This document shows positions 28,772 to 38,662 of a stretch of DNA of 64,000 nucleotides, one piece after another (position 1 is the stretch's first letter; each line of letters starts with the position of its first letter). The stretch is from the NCBI GenBank assembly GCA_035529595.1, contig DATKWK010000035.1:113067-177066 (forward strand), read 5' to 3'. This DNA comes from Candidatus Bathyarchaeia archaeon (GTDB taxonomy: Bacteria > Patescibacteriota > Microgenomatia > PFEM01 > JAFGMK01). The translations under genes were made by a program, and so were the position numbers. The notes beneath the pieces are model-generated. The model searched no databases. It was not told the origin of the DNA and saw nothing but the letters and a program-made list of their open reading frames with translations.

Positions 28772-28851
28772 CTCCACCCTCTTCAGGCTGGATTGATTAT
28801 TAAGTTTAAAAAAACTAACACAAACAGCCCCCAAGACACCCGGTGGTGGAG
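28772..28851. repeat. Two GC-rich palindromic intergenic motifs (TCCAC...TGGA type)
   Basis: ctccaccctcttcaggctggattg (28772-28795) and cacccggtggtggag (28837-28851); a related copy is at 35999-36019. Confidence 0.45.
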
Positions 28852-28854
28852 AGA

Positions 28855-29772
28855 TTATAATTTTAAGTAGTGACTCGTTAATCTCAGATAACCTTTGGCT
28901 CTGATCCCTACAAGAACCAGCGACGTCATCCAGTCCGGATATTTATCTTGGTAAAATTTTTTATAGAAGATCTCCATTGCCCTTATTGATGCTTCTGCCG
29001 ATCGAAGACGGGTTCTTCGGTCTGCTCGGCTGATTGCTTTCGATTCATTTCTTAGGCCGGAACTGGCCCCTTTATGATGTCTCAAAAGAGGTTCGGCATA
29101 AAACATCACCCGCCAACCTGCCTCTTTAATTCGATAAAAAAAATCTAGGTCTTCCCCATAGAAGAAATAGCTTTCATCCCAAGTGCCGACTTGATTGATA
29201 ACATCTCTTCTAACCAGCATAAATGTCCCGAAACCGGCGTCAATTTCATGAACCTGGTCAAGGTCCTGATAGAGCTTATGATATTGCCCAAAAAAATGGC
29301 TTTTAGGAAATAGCCTTTCTAAGCCCAGAAAAAATGTTAGTGAAGCCCATGGTGTGGGAAAACCGCGATGGCAATCGGGATCCATCTTACCGGATGTTAA
29401 TAGAGTTTTTGGAGTAACGGCACCAATAGTCTCATCCTTATCCATAAATTCAATCATTTTTCTGAGGGAATTAGGATAAATTTCAGTATCTGAATTTAGA
29501 AAAAGAATATATCTGCCCTTGGCCTTCTTCAACCCTAAATTATTTCCTCTGGAAAAACCGACATTTTTTTTACTGATTACTAATACAGCCTCAGGGAACT
29601 GCCGTCTTACCAAATAAGGACTGTTGTCTTTTGAAGCATTATCAACAACTATCACTTCAATCCGCTGATTGCCGGCAGTTTTGACTGCTCTAAATACCGC
29701 CTCAAGGCAATTCCTGAGTAATAACTCAGTGTTAAAGCTTAAAATTATCAGTGACAAATCAGTTTTTACCAT
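28855..29772 (-). CDS. Glycosyltransferase family 2 (WbbL-like)
   Basis: VVDNASKD, NVGFSRGNN, FLNSD and FFYGEDLD. ATG 29772 preferred. Confidence 0.9.
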   Translation of the reverse strand: MVKTDLSLIILSFNTELLLRNCLEAVFRAVKTAGNQRIEVIVVDNASKDNSPYLVRRQFPEAVLVISKKNVGFSRGNNLGLKKAKGRYILFLNSDTEIYPNSLRKMIEFMDKDETIGAVTPKTLLTSGKMDPDCHRGFPTPWASLTFFLGLERLFPKSHFFGQYHKLYQDLDQVHEIDAGFGTFMLVRRDVINQVGTWDESYFFYGEDLDFFYRIKEAGWRVMFYAEPLLRHHKGASSGLRNESKAISRADRRTRLRSAEASIRAMEIFYKKFYQDKYPDWMTSLVLVGIRAKGYLRLTSHYLKL

Positions 29773-30952
29773 TGGTAATCTCCCGGTAAACATTATCTAA
29801 CTTTTTGGCTGAAATCTGCCAGTCATAATTTAAACTGGTCAATCTCCTGGCCGCAAAAGCAATTTTTAGAGCTAACTCACGATTGTTGATCAGGCGAATG
29901 ACGTTGGTAGCTAATTCTTGACTTGTCTCACCTTTTAGATAATGAACTCCATTTTTGACTCTAATCCCTTCCACACCTTTGGCCGTGGCTACCACCGGTA
30001 AACCGGAAGCCATTGCTTCAAAAATTTTTAAACGTGACCCGCCTCCGCTTCTGAAAGGAGCAATAAATACCCAACCGGTTTGATAGGCTTCCCGAATATC
30101 GCGAACTTTTTTGACCCTTATTCGCGGATCACAAACCCTAACAAACTCTTCACTATGGCGTCCGACAATCAACAGTCTTACTTGCTGATTTTTCTTGACA
30201 ATTAAGGGCCAAATTTTTTTCACCAGTAAATCAACGGCTTCTTTGTTTTGCAGCCATTTAAAATTGCCCACAAAAACAACTGTCGGAACTGCTTCCTTGG
30301 CCGTAACTTTTTTTGAAAAGTAATTACAATCAACCCCATTAGGTACAACACGGACATTGACTTTTTTAACCAATTGAATAATCATTTTTTGATCGCTTTC
30401 TGAAACAGCGGCTACTAAATCTGCTTTCCGCCAATAAAATTTCTCCCACCATTCAAGTTTAAAGATATCAAAATAAAGAAATGGTTTTAAGAAAAAAAGA
30501 TAATAAGGTAAGGTTTTAACAAAGTGATCGTAAACTTGACATTCAATTGTCTGTTCGACAAGCAGGATCGGAATCTTCGTCGGTGGAATATGGGACATGA
30601 CGTAGAAAGTCTCAGCGTGAATTAAATCAAAATTTTCTTTAGCAATTTCTTCTTTAATTTTTTTCTTGGCCAGAGCTGAAAAATTACGGACAACCAAAAA
30701 AGGATCAAAAGAAAACCCGGTGCGAATTATATTCCTTAAAGTCCACGGACTAGAAGGCCGGTCGAAAGCCCAAACGCGAGCACAAAATTTTTCTAATTCT
30801 TTGATATACTTTTTTTCTTGATTGTTCTTTACGAGAGAAATAAGGAAAATCTGGTGTTTATGGGCTAAATTCTTAATTAAATGATAAGAACGAACCTGTC
30901 CGCCTGAGAAAGGAGGATAAGGTAAATAGGGAGTAATCATTAAAATTTTCAT
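29759..30952 (-). CDS. Glycosyltransferase family 4
   Basis: PYPPFSGGQVR, VVPNGVD and GGGSRLKIFEAMASG. Confidence 0.9.
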   Translation of the reverse strand: MKILMITPYLPYPPFSGGQVRSYHLIKNLAHKHQIFLISLVKNNQEKKYIKELEKFCARVWAFDRPSSPWTLRNIIRTGFSFDPFLVVRNFSALAKKKIKEEIAKENFDLIHAETFYVMSHIPPTKIPILLVEQTIECQVYDHFVKTLPYYLFFLKPFLYFDIFKLEWWEKFYWRKADLVAAVSESDQKMIIQLVKKVNVRVVPNGVDCNYFSKKVTAKEAVPTVVFVGNFKWLQNKEAVDLLVKKIWPLIVKKNQQVRLLIVGRHSEEFVRVCDPRIRVKKVRDIREAYQTGWVFIAPFRSGGGSRLKIFEAMASGLPVVATAKGVEGIRVKNGVHYLKGETSQELATNVIRLINNRELALKIAFAARRLTSLNYDWQISAKKLDNVYREITNGKN

Positions 30953-32442
30953 CTCAGATCAAAAATTATATATTGGTCAGTTTGTTTGATCAATCTAAAC
31001 TTATCTTTCAGATAACGGCCAAACTCCAAGTTTTCAAACTGGTTAAATTTAGTCGTGACAAAATACTGTGCCCCTAGCAAGCGGGCCTTTTCGATTGAGG
31101 CCACCTCATTGGGGAAGAATGAAGCGTAGCCGCCACTCCATCCGTAGCGGTTACAGTTATAAAGCAAGCTGGCATCGTTGGAATCTCCGGTTAAAATCAA
31201 GGCATCTTTAGGCGTGAGTGAATCAACCGCCTTACCTGCCAAATCAACTCCACCCTGGAGGTTATAAAAGTCACGCACCTGATACCAGGAAAAAGCTAAC
31301 ATAAAAACCAAGCTTAAACCAGCAGCGGTCAAACTAACAAAACGGTTAAGATATCTTTTCGGCGCTTTAGAAAAAAGAAAATCAGCTCCTCTGGCCAAAA
31401 AAACTGCTCCGATCGGGACAAAAACAATCTGGTAGTAGTCATGGGTAACATTACCAGCCGCGAAGACCATTATATAAATTAGAAAACTGACTAACCACCA
31501 ATGATAGAACCAGCCTGATTTTTGTGTCGGCTTAAGCGCTAATCCTATAACAAGAAACGGCAAACCCCAACAACCTAAAATCAGTTTCCCGATTCTTTCG
31601 TCAAAAATCCAGCGAAAAAAAGCCGGCCGGAAACGAATACCGCCTTGATTAAAAAGCCAGTCATAAGGAGGAATTCCGGCCGGATATTGACTAATCCACC
31701 GGCGCCACAAAACAATCGGCAAGATACTAATGACCAGATAAATAAATAGAGCTAACAGATATTTCTTGTGTAACAGCTTCCGCCATCCCCATATTTTAAA
31801 AATCAGGTATGTCATCGGCAAAGCCAAAAAAAGAGGAAAAACTTTCTGTGTCAAACTGATCATGGCCCAAAAAAGAGCTAAGAAAAAACTGGTTATGTTT
31901 CCGCGAACCAGCCAATTTTTAAAAAAATAAATCATCCCTAGAGAAGTAAAGACCATGAACGGTTCAGGTAAAATTACCCGGCTATAATAAATACTGAATG
32001 GTAAAAGCGCAAAGAATAGTGCTGCCCAAAGAGCCACCTCTTGGCTATCAGTCTCTTTAACAAAATAATAAATAAAAATTATCGATCCCAAAGAAGAAAG
32101 AATAGATACTCCTCTGGCTAAAGCGAGGTTAATCCCAAAAAAATAGTAAAGAAGAGCAACTAACGAGTTATATATGGGCGGTTCAGCCAGAAATAATCTC
32201 TCGGAGTTAGGCATATCCGGAGCATGGAGAGGGGTGAAATTATCGATCTTCGGTCTCAAGAAGTCAAAACCCTCTTTAATAAAATTTCTAGCCACGGATG
32301 CAGTATCGGCCTGCCTCCATGAATGATGATCGGCCAAAGGAATATTTAGCTTGTAAAGGCGGACCGTTAAAGCAATAATCAGGATAAAAATCAATCGCAG
32401 ATTAACTTTTCCTTTCCTTTTCGGTTCCAACATATGTTGCAT
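30949..32442 (-). CDS. ArnT/PMT-like GT-C glycosyltransferase
   Basis: Multi-TM protein with SWRQADTA, EPPIY, YYSR and HDYY, plus a soluble C-terminal domain. Confidence 0.8.
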   Translation of the reverse strand: MQHMLEPKRKGKVNLRLIFILIIALTVRLYKLNIPLADHHSWRQADTASVARNFIKEGFDFLRPKIDNFTPLHAPDMPNSERLFLAEPPIYNSLVALLYYFFGINLALARGVSILSSLGSIIFIYYFVKETDSQEVALWAALFFALLPFSIYYSRVILPEPFMVFTSLGMIYFFKNWLVRGNITSFFLALFWAMISLTQKVFPLFLALPMTYLIFKIWGWRKLLHKKYLLALFIYLVISILPIVLWRRWISQYPAGIPPYDWLFNQGGIRFRPAFFRWIFDERIGKLILGCWGLPFLVIGLALKPTQKSGWFYHWWLVSFLIYIMVFAAGNVTHDYYQIVFVPIGAVFLARGADFLFSKAPKRYLNRFVSLTAAGLSLVFMLAFSWYQVRDFYNLQGGVDLAGKAVDSLTPKDALILTGDSNDASLLYNCNRYGWSGGYASFFPNEVASIEKARLLGAQYFVTTKFNQFENLEFGRYLKDKFRLIKQTDQYIIFDLR

Positions 32443-33912
32443 TTATCTTAACTTTTCTAATCGAACGATTATACCCAACAAAGCGCCCGCAAATATCCAG
32501 AAAATGAATGCCACCTTTGAAGCTTCAAAAACGTCGATAAACAAGGCATTTATCAAAAACCCAACCAGTCCTCCGGCTAATCCGACGACAATTGCTTTCT
32601 CAAAAACTGACTGGGGTTTTCTTATAAAAAGAATAAGCCTGCTGGTTAGCTCCAAAAAAATAAGAGATAAGGCCCCAAATCCGAGAAGGCCAGTCTCGGC
32701 TAAAGCCCGCAAATAATCATTGTCGGTTGCCAAAGTCACCGAAGAGTAACCGGTTCCCAATAAAGGGTTTTTGGCAAAAGCCCGAATTGCTCGTGGCCAT
32801 TCGACCCTAAAGCGAATCTCTCCTGACCGCTGAGCGGCAATTTCAACAGACTCGGGTTGCGGGAACTGGGCGGAAATAGTGGCTTTTTGGGCCTTTTTTT
32901 TATCGAGGGTGACCTTTTCCTTCTGTGCCGGTGCGACTGAAGTAACCGGACCGGAAGGGGTGCGGGATGTAAGGGCAACCGGTAACGGCTCAGGTGTTAA
33001 TGTGGGAGCAAGAACGATCTGTCTTTCCATCTGCCCAATCTTAGGCGAGAGAAAACTTAAGTCGATTTTGAAAGTAGCTGCGTACCGCTGGCCCAGTTCT
33101 GAATTAAAAACCATTACCAGCAAACTTAAGAAACAAACAGGCAAAATCCACTTTGATCTCTTCGTTAATAATAAAACAATAATGATTGAGAACAGATAAG
33201 CGCCAAAAGAAATTCGCGAAGCGGTAAGCAGCAGTAAATAAAAAGCTAAAACAATCAAAACAAGGGCCAGAAATTTTAAAACCCAACTGCTTACCCCAAT
33301 GAGAAAACCAAAGCATAAAGTGATAACCAAAACGCTAAAAGCGGCCAAATCATAATGACCGGCAAAAGTAGAATTTATCCGCGTCCACTCGCTCAAGTAT
33401 AGCACCAGCCCTTTAGAAAACTCTTCATTCATAGTCGAAATTACCGGCCAGTTGAAAAACTTTTGGCCGATTCCAAATACGGTTACCCCGATGGTGGCAA
33501 GAAAGATAGCCACCCAAAAACCGTCGATATTTTTCCGTTCCCGTAAAGCAGCCAACGTTACAAAAAAAAGGGACATATATTCTAACCGGCGCAGGTAATG
33601 AAGCAGGGATAGATGCGGAACAACGATCCTAGTAATTGTTAAGGCACTGACTAGAGAAAGGGCACCTGCGGCAAAGTACCAGAGTACTAAACGCGATGCC
33701 CTCTCTTTAAAAGTCGGCCAGCCGTGCTTAATTTCCAGGAGAAACCAAACCCCAAGGACTAGGGCAACAAAAAAATCTTCCAGCCTTACCGCGACATAAG
33801 TACCCGGTACTTTAAATAAGGGAAATTTCGGGTATAAGGGAATAAAGAGCAGCAAGCTAATTATGCTCAAATATAGAATATTGTCCTCAAGATATCCGAA
33901 AAGCTTCCGCAT
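32443..33912 (-). CDS. O-antigen ligase/Wzy_C family membrane protein with a Pro/Thr/Ser-rich insertion
   Basis: RINSTFAG, LTASR, NPLLGTG and DNDYLRALAETGLLG; about 12 TM segments. Confidence 0.82.
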   Translation of the reverse strand: MRKLFGYLEDNILYLSIISLLLFIPLYPKFPLFKVPGTYVAVRLEDFFVALVLGVWFLLEIKHGWPTFKERASRLVLWYFAAGALSLVSALTITRIVVPHLSLLHYLRRLEYMSLFFVTLAALRERKNIDGFWVAIFLATIGVTVFGIGQKFFNWPVISTMNEEFSKGLVLYLSEWTRINSTFAGHYDLAAFSVLVITLCFGFLIGVSSWVLKFLALVLIVLAFYLLLLTASRISFGAYLFSIIIVLLLTKRSKWILPVCFLSLLVMVFNSELGQRYAATFKIDLSFLSPKIGQMERQIVLAPTLTPEPLPVALTSRTPSGPVTSVAPAQKEKVTLDKKKAQKATISAQFPQPESVEIAAQRSGEIRFRVEWPRAIRAFAKNPLLGTGYSSVTLATDNDYLRALAETGLLGFGALSLIFLELTSRLILFIRKPQSVFEKAIVVGLAGGLVGFLINALFIDVFEASKVAFIFWIFAGALLGIIVRLEKLR

Positions 33913-34762
33913 AAGTTCCTTTCAAATATTTATCTTGCGTTAGACAGCCAATTATCAAAGCCAAAAAAGCTTTTAATTTCAGCATCAAACGCAAAACCGC
34001 CAACTCAGGTAGAGAACGATGCTTTTTGTAAAAATATATTAAACCCCGGTAGATATTTAATATCGGATCCTTTTTACCTGTTTCCGAACTGCCCCGTCCT
34101 AAATGAGTAATCTTTGCCTCCGGGTAAAAAACTACCTCATATCCTGTTCTTTTTATTCGATAACAAAGCTCTAATTCGTCCATATACATAAAAATATGCT
34201 CATCGAAAACACCAACCTCGTCCAGAACTTTTTTCTTAAGCATCATCGCCGCCCCCATCACCCAATCGACTTTCTTAATTTTATCAAAAGAACCGCGAAC
34301 AGAGTCACTGGGGCGAAAATGTTCTTTAAAAAGCATCACAGCAGTGACCCAAAGATAGGGGAACAAACCGGCTGAGGACTGATTACTGCCGTCGATGTTT
34401 AAAAGCCGGCAGCCAATTACTCCTGCCTGATTATTCGCTCTTAGGTAATTCACCATCATAATCAAGGCTTTCCTATGAACAAGCGTGTCGGAATTAAGAA
34501 ACAAAACATAATTCCCTCGCGCTTTTCTGATTCCCTGGTTATTACCACGGGCAAAGCCCAGATTTTTCTTATTAACGAATAAACGGACCCGGGGATAGAG
34601 TTCTTTAAGCATCTTCACCGATTCATCTTGGGAATTGTTATCAATCACGATTACTTCAAAGTTTAACTCCGGGCTGTTTTCATAAAGACTCTTCAAGCAG
34701 TTCTTAAGCAGCCGACAGGTATTGAAGCTTAAGATAATAATAGACAGAGTGATCTTTTTCAT
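33887..34762 (-). CDS. Glycosyltransferase family 2 (WbbL-like)
   Basis: VIDNNSQD, NLGFARGNN, FLNSD and FMYMDE. Confidence 0.9.
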   Translation of the reverse strand: MKKITLSIIILSFNTCRLLKNCLKSLYENSPELNFEVIVIDNNSQDESVKMLKELYPRVRLFVNKKNLGFARGNNQGIRKARGNYVLFLNSDTLVHRKALIMMVNYLRANNQAGVIGCRLLNIDGSNQSSAGLFPYLWVTAVMLFKEHFRPSDSVRGSFDKIKKVDWVMGAAMMLKKKVLDEVGVFDEHIFMYMDELELCYRIKRTGYEVVFYPEAKITHLGRGSSETGKKDPILNIYRGLIYFYKKHRSLPELAVLRLMLKLKAFLALIIGCLTQDKYLKGTYAEAFRIS

Positions 34763-35328
34763 TATAATTTCTTTCTAAAAGAAAGATAGACTGATCTTGC
34801 TTCAGCAAGAATTTTAATTGACAGAACGATGGCCAAGGTGAAGATAAGCAAGCTGAGTAAGCGGGATGAGGGCATGAGGCGTAAAGTAACTTTACGTTGA
34901 TAAAAGCGGTCATTTTTGTTAATTATTTGAGTGGGATCTTTGGCATTTTTTAATTGCGGGTCTTCGGCCGAATCCCAGCCGTTAATAAATAAAGAGTCGC
35001 GACCGGGATGAACAAGCTCATAAAGAAAGGTCGCATTGGTGGTATCCCGAATTGCCCGGCGGGTATATTCCGGCGGATGATTAAGAACAATAACCGGCAA
35101 GGGCAAATTTAGAAAAGATGAGCGAGAAAAAGCATTTTCATAAAACTTGACTACTTCTTGACGGGAAATGTCGGTATAGTAGGCAGAAACCCCGGAAATT
35201 TGTACCGTATCACCCGGCTCATCCGATTTTAAAGAATCAGGAAGAGGCGGAACAGAAGGAACCGGTAACATGAAGTAAATCAGAATTAACGAAATTGGAA
35301 TAAACACTAATCTTCTGAATATTTTCAT
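34762..35328 (-). CDS. Hypothetical two-TM membrane protein
   Basis: N- and C-terminal hydrophobic helices around a loop containing EPGDTVQ and LNHPPEY; overlaps both neighbours. Confidence 0.8.
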   Translation of the reverse strand: MKIFRRLVFIPISLILIYFMLPVPSVPPLPDSLKSDEPGDTVQISGVSAYYTDISRQEVVKFYENAFSRSSFLNLPLPVIVLNHPPEYTRRAIRDTTNATFLYELVHPGRDSLFINGWDSAEDPQLKNAKDPTQIINKNDRFYQRKVTLRLMPSSRLLSLLIFTLAIVLSIKILAEARSVYLSFRKKL

Positions 35329-35963
35329 TGAAAAAGCCTGGATCTGCCAAGACGATACTGGTATTTTGTTATTTTTCGGGCTGCAATCTCCCTGGCCGGC
35401 ACACCGGCAACGATTTTTCCTGAAGCAATATCCTTAGTAACTACTGCCCCGGCGGCTACCACTGCCCCTTTACCGATTTTTACCCCCGGTAAAATAATTA
35501 CTCTTGGTCCGATAAAAACGTAGTCCCCGATTTCTACCGAAGCTTCTATTGCTTTCATCTCCTCATCATGAATATTATGTTCGGAATTATAAATCAAAAC
35601 TTGTGAGGCAATATCGGTATGCGAACCGATTGTTAGCAAAGCCCGGCCGTCTAAGAAAGCAAACTCGCCGACTAGAGTATCCTCGCCGATTCGGATCTTT
35701 CCCGGATCGAAAAATCTGGCTCCAAAATGAATTTTTGATCCCTGACCGATTTTCAAGCCGGCAACCTGATAGATAATTTTTCGCCAGAACCAAAAGGGGC
35801 AATAACCGGACATATCAACGATAAAAATTTTAAAGTCAAGCCACCAATTATAAATCCTGGCAGCCGCCTTTTGGAATGCTTGAACTACCGGTAACCGGTT
35901 TCCCTGTTTATCGGTAAAAACAATCCCCTTCTTGCTTACGCGAATATTTTCTGAATAGAGCAT
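35325..35963 (-). CDS. Hexapeptide-repeat (left-handed beta-helix) acyltransferase
   Basis: VEIGDYVFIGPRVIILPGVKIGKGAVVAAGAVVTKD...AGVPAR. Confidence 0.92.
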   Translation of the reverse strand: MLYSENIRVSKKGIVFTDKQGNRLPVVQAFQKAAARIYNWWLDFKIFIVDMSGYCPFWFWRKIIYQVAGLKIGQGSKIHFGARFFDPGKIRIGEDTLVGEFAFLDGRALLTIGSHTDIASQVLIYNSEHNIHDEEMKAIEASVEIGDYVFIGPRVIILPGVKIGKGAVVAAGAVVTKDIASGKIVAGVPAREIAARKITKYQYRLGRSRLFQ

Positions 35964-35998
35964 ATCTATTACCTATCCAACGATCCAGCCAGCTTTAA

Positions 35999-36019
35999 CT
36001 CCACGCCGGGGGTGGATTG
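35999..36019. repeat. GC-rich palindrome TCCAC-N7-GTGGA immediately after a stop codon
   Basis: ctccacgccgggggtggattg; related to 28772-28851. Confidence 0.45.
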
Positions 36020-37144
36020 CTATTGACACCTTGGGTTCTGGCTAACTTTTTCCAAGATAGTCAGAGTCTGTCGGGCGCATTTACGCCAGGAAAATTGACT
36101 CGCCCTTTCTATTCCTTTTTGCCGTAATTCTTGTCTCTTTACTATCGCCTCCTCGATTCCCCGAGCAATACTTTCCGGCGAATACGGATCAACCAGCATC
36201 CCAGCTTGGCCAACTATTTCCGGCAGACTGGCGATGTTGGCGACCACTACCGGCGTCCCGACGGCCATTGCCTCAAGCACCGGTATGCCGAAGCCTTCCC
36301 AAAATGAAGGCATCACGAAAAGCTCAGCGCCGGCCATCAAACCGACAACGTCTTTTTCGTCAACAAAACCGGGGAAAATCACCCTATCCTGCAAATTTAA
36401 ATCCTTTACTTTTTGATAAATTGATTCATACAACCAGCCCTTTTTGCCCGCAATTACCAGTTTGACTTTTGTCGCCTTGGATTTTCCAAGTTGCTCGAAG
36501 GCTTCTAGCAAACCCTCAATATTTTTATTGGGCTTTAAAGTTCCTAAAAAAAGGAGATATTTCCCTTCAATATGATACTTCTTGGCAATCTTATTGACTA
36601 CTGGTTCTCGAATCCCAGCTCGATACTGAGACCGGGAATAACTTAACGGCGTTGCCGTAACTTTATCCGGCAGTATCCGATAAGTCTTAATTATATCATT
36701 CCGGGTGAATTCGGAGATAGCAAAAATGTGACTGGCTCTTTTTATGGAAAAATAAGTCCAGAATTTGAGTTTGGCGCGGATCGGCAAAGTAAATTGTCCG
36801 GGATAACGCAGGTAGCCTAAATCCATGACGGAAACAACCAGCGGTGCCGGAAAAAACAGAGGTGAATAATGACCCGGGTTAAAAACAACATCCGGTTTTG
36901 GCTCTTGTCTGAAAAGAGCCAAAGGCAAACCCAAAACATTCCATAATCTTGCCGGGCCGACTATCTTATACTGCCAATTTTTTCTCCCGATAGGTAAATC
37001 GGGCACAGGCGGCTTTGACAGATAAACGCAGTAACTATTCTTTAAATCAAGCCGATAGAGGGCTTTGATTAGTTCAAAGGCGTACTGGTTTGATCCGACC
37101 CGGTTTTTGATGTTGGCTTCGTAGCCGATTAGAGCAATATTCAT
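36020..37144 (-). CDS. Glycosyltransferase family 4
   Basis: RVGSNQY, GTLKPNKN and EGFGIPVLEAMA. Confidence 0.92.
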   Translation of the reverse strand: MNIALIGYEANIKNRVGSNQYAFELIKALYRLDLKNSYCVYLSKPPVPDLPIGRKNWQYKIVGPARLWNVLGLPLALFRQEPKPDVVFNPGHYSPLFFPAPLVVSVMDLGYLRYPGQFTLPIRAKLKFWTYFSIKRASHIFAISEFTRNDIIKTYRILPDKVTATPLSYSRSQYRAGIREPVVNKIAKKYHIEGKYLLFLGTLKPNKNIEGLLEAFEQLGKSKATKVKLVIAGKKGWLYESIYQKVKDLNLQDRVIFPGFVDEKDVVGLMAGAELFVMPSFWEGFGIPVLEAMAVGTPVVVANIASLPEIVGQAGMLVDPYSPESIARGIEEAIVKRQELRQKGIERASQFSWRKCARQTLTILEKVSQNPRCQ

Positions 37145-37165
37145 AAAAGTAAGATTAATTTCGTT

Positions 37166-38662
37166 TTATTTTGTTAATTTATATATTACAATACCGGCCG
37201 GTAATTCCCAGACAGAGGTAATTTTTTCCGGTTTAAAAAGGCCAACTTCCCAAATATCAAGTTTGAGCACCTCTAAACTGCCGGTTTCACTGATTAAATA
37301 TAAAATTTGCGCTTGTTGGTAGTCTAGAACATCCCATCCGGGAACGCGAATGCCACAGTCTGCTTCCAAAAAATAACGGTAATCAACCGCATTATAATAA
37401 TATCCGTCTTTATCCCGGTAAACGGCAACTAAATTAAACTTCTCATCAACCTTAATTTTATCGGCCAGAAACCGGGCAGTATCAACTAGCCCATTGATTT
37501 TGCTCGATCCTATTGGGGAAGAAATTAAAGCCACGATATTTTTACTGATTAAAAAACCAGCCACCAGAATAAAAACCAGGGTTACTTTCCTTGATTTTAC
37601 TCTTATACGATCAAGTAATAAGAGCGTCAGCAAAAAAGGCACCGGATATAAAAAAGTAAGATAAAAAAAGAAAAAACTCCCTTTATAAAAAGCGGCAAAT
37701 AATACGCCTCCAAATAAAGTCAGGAACGTAACCGTAAAAAAGGTCGGTTTAGTTTTTATTTCATTAAAATAAAGCCAAAAACAACCGACTAAAATAAATA
37801 CTGCTGCGATTTTAATCCAGAGAGAAGGTAAGTTGACTAGCAGACCAAAAAGATAAACCAGCTTTTCCCACAAACCGGTAAAAAAGGCTGGCGCCGGAAT
37901 TCGTCCGCCGGTGCCGGAAAAAAAATATTCAACTATATTCCCGACATTCACGAATTGATGCCGGAATTCAAAAACTAATAGAGGCAGTAAGAAAAGACCC
38001 AGGATTAGAAAAGATAGCGCAACTGTCGGGTAAATTTTAAATCTCGGTCGAAAACGCAAATAAATTAGCAAAGTGATAAACAGAAAGGTAAGACCGGAAT
38101 AATGAAGGTTAATCGCCGCGCCGATCGAAAAAGCCAGCAGTAACAAATATTTTTTTTCATTTTCACCGATTATTTTTTGGCAGGCAAGCAAAAACAGCAG
38201 ACTGAAGATCGGTAAAGGATTTGGATTCCAAGCAAAACGGCTTTGGGCAACAATTTGGGGCGAAAAAGCAAATAAAGACGTGAACAATAATATTAAAGCT
38301 TTATTCCCGGTTATTCTTTTGGCGATTATGAAAAAAACAACAATTGATAATAAACTAAAACAGGCAATGCCAAAGTCTAAGCCGACCGGGTTTAGTCTAA
38401 AAAGGAGTAAAAAGGGAGCCATCAAATAATAATAAAAGGGGCCAGTATAGAGTCCGGGGATAGAACTTTGCGTACCGATCAGTCTGAATTGACCGTCAAC
38501 TATAATTCGTTTAATATACAAGGCATCTCTGGCTTGGTCATAGGTGAAAAAAGCCAAACCGGTAAGTTGTCGAAACCGAAAGAAGGCAGCCGCAATCAGG
38601 ATAATCAGTAAGAATAATCCTTCGAACTGACTAAGTTTTTCGTTTCTTATATGCTTCTTCAT
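37166..38662 (-). CDS. ArnT/PMT-like GT-C glycosyltransferase
   Basis: FTYDQARD, GPFYYY, SRFAWNPN and NLHY; multi-TM. Confidence 0.8.
   Translation of the reverse strand: MKKHIRNEKLSQFEGLFLLIILIAAAFFRFRQLTGLAFFTYDQARDALYIKRIIVDGQFRLIGTQSSIPGLYTGPFYYYLMAPFLLLFRLNPVGLDFGIACFSLLSIVVFFIIAKRITGNKALILLFTSLFAFSPQIVAQSRFAWNPNPLPIFSLLFLLACQKIIGENEKKYLLLLAFSIGAAINLHYSGLTFLFITLLIYLRFRPRFKIYPTVALSFLILGLFLLPLLVFEFRHQFVNVGNIVEYFFSGTGGRIPAPAFFTGLWEKLVYLFGLLVNLPSLWIKIAAVFILVGCFWLYFNEIKTKPTFFTVTFLTLFGGVLFAAFYKGSFFFFYLTFLYPVPFLLTLLLLDRIRVKSRKVTLVFILVAGFLISKNIVALISSPIGSSKINGLVDTARFLADKIKVDEKFNLVAVYRDKDGYYYNAVDYRYFLEADCGIRVPGWDVLDYQQAQILYLISETGSLEVLKLDIWEVGLFKPEKITSVWELPAGIVIYKLTK

Noticed and set aside
32443-33912. 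Reading the O-antigen ligase and rfb genes as evidence of LPS
   Set aside because: No lipid A, Kdo-transfer, core or Lpt genes are in the window, and these families also serve non-LPS glycans.
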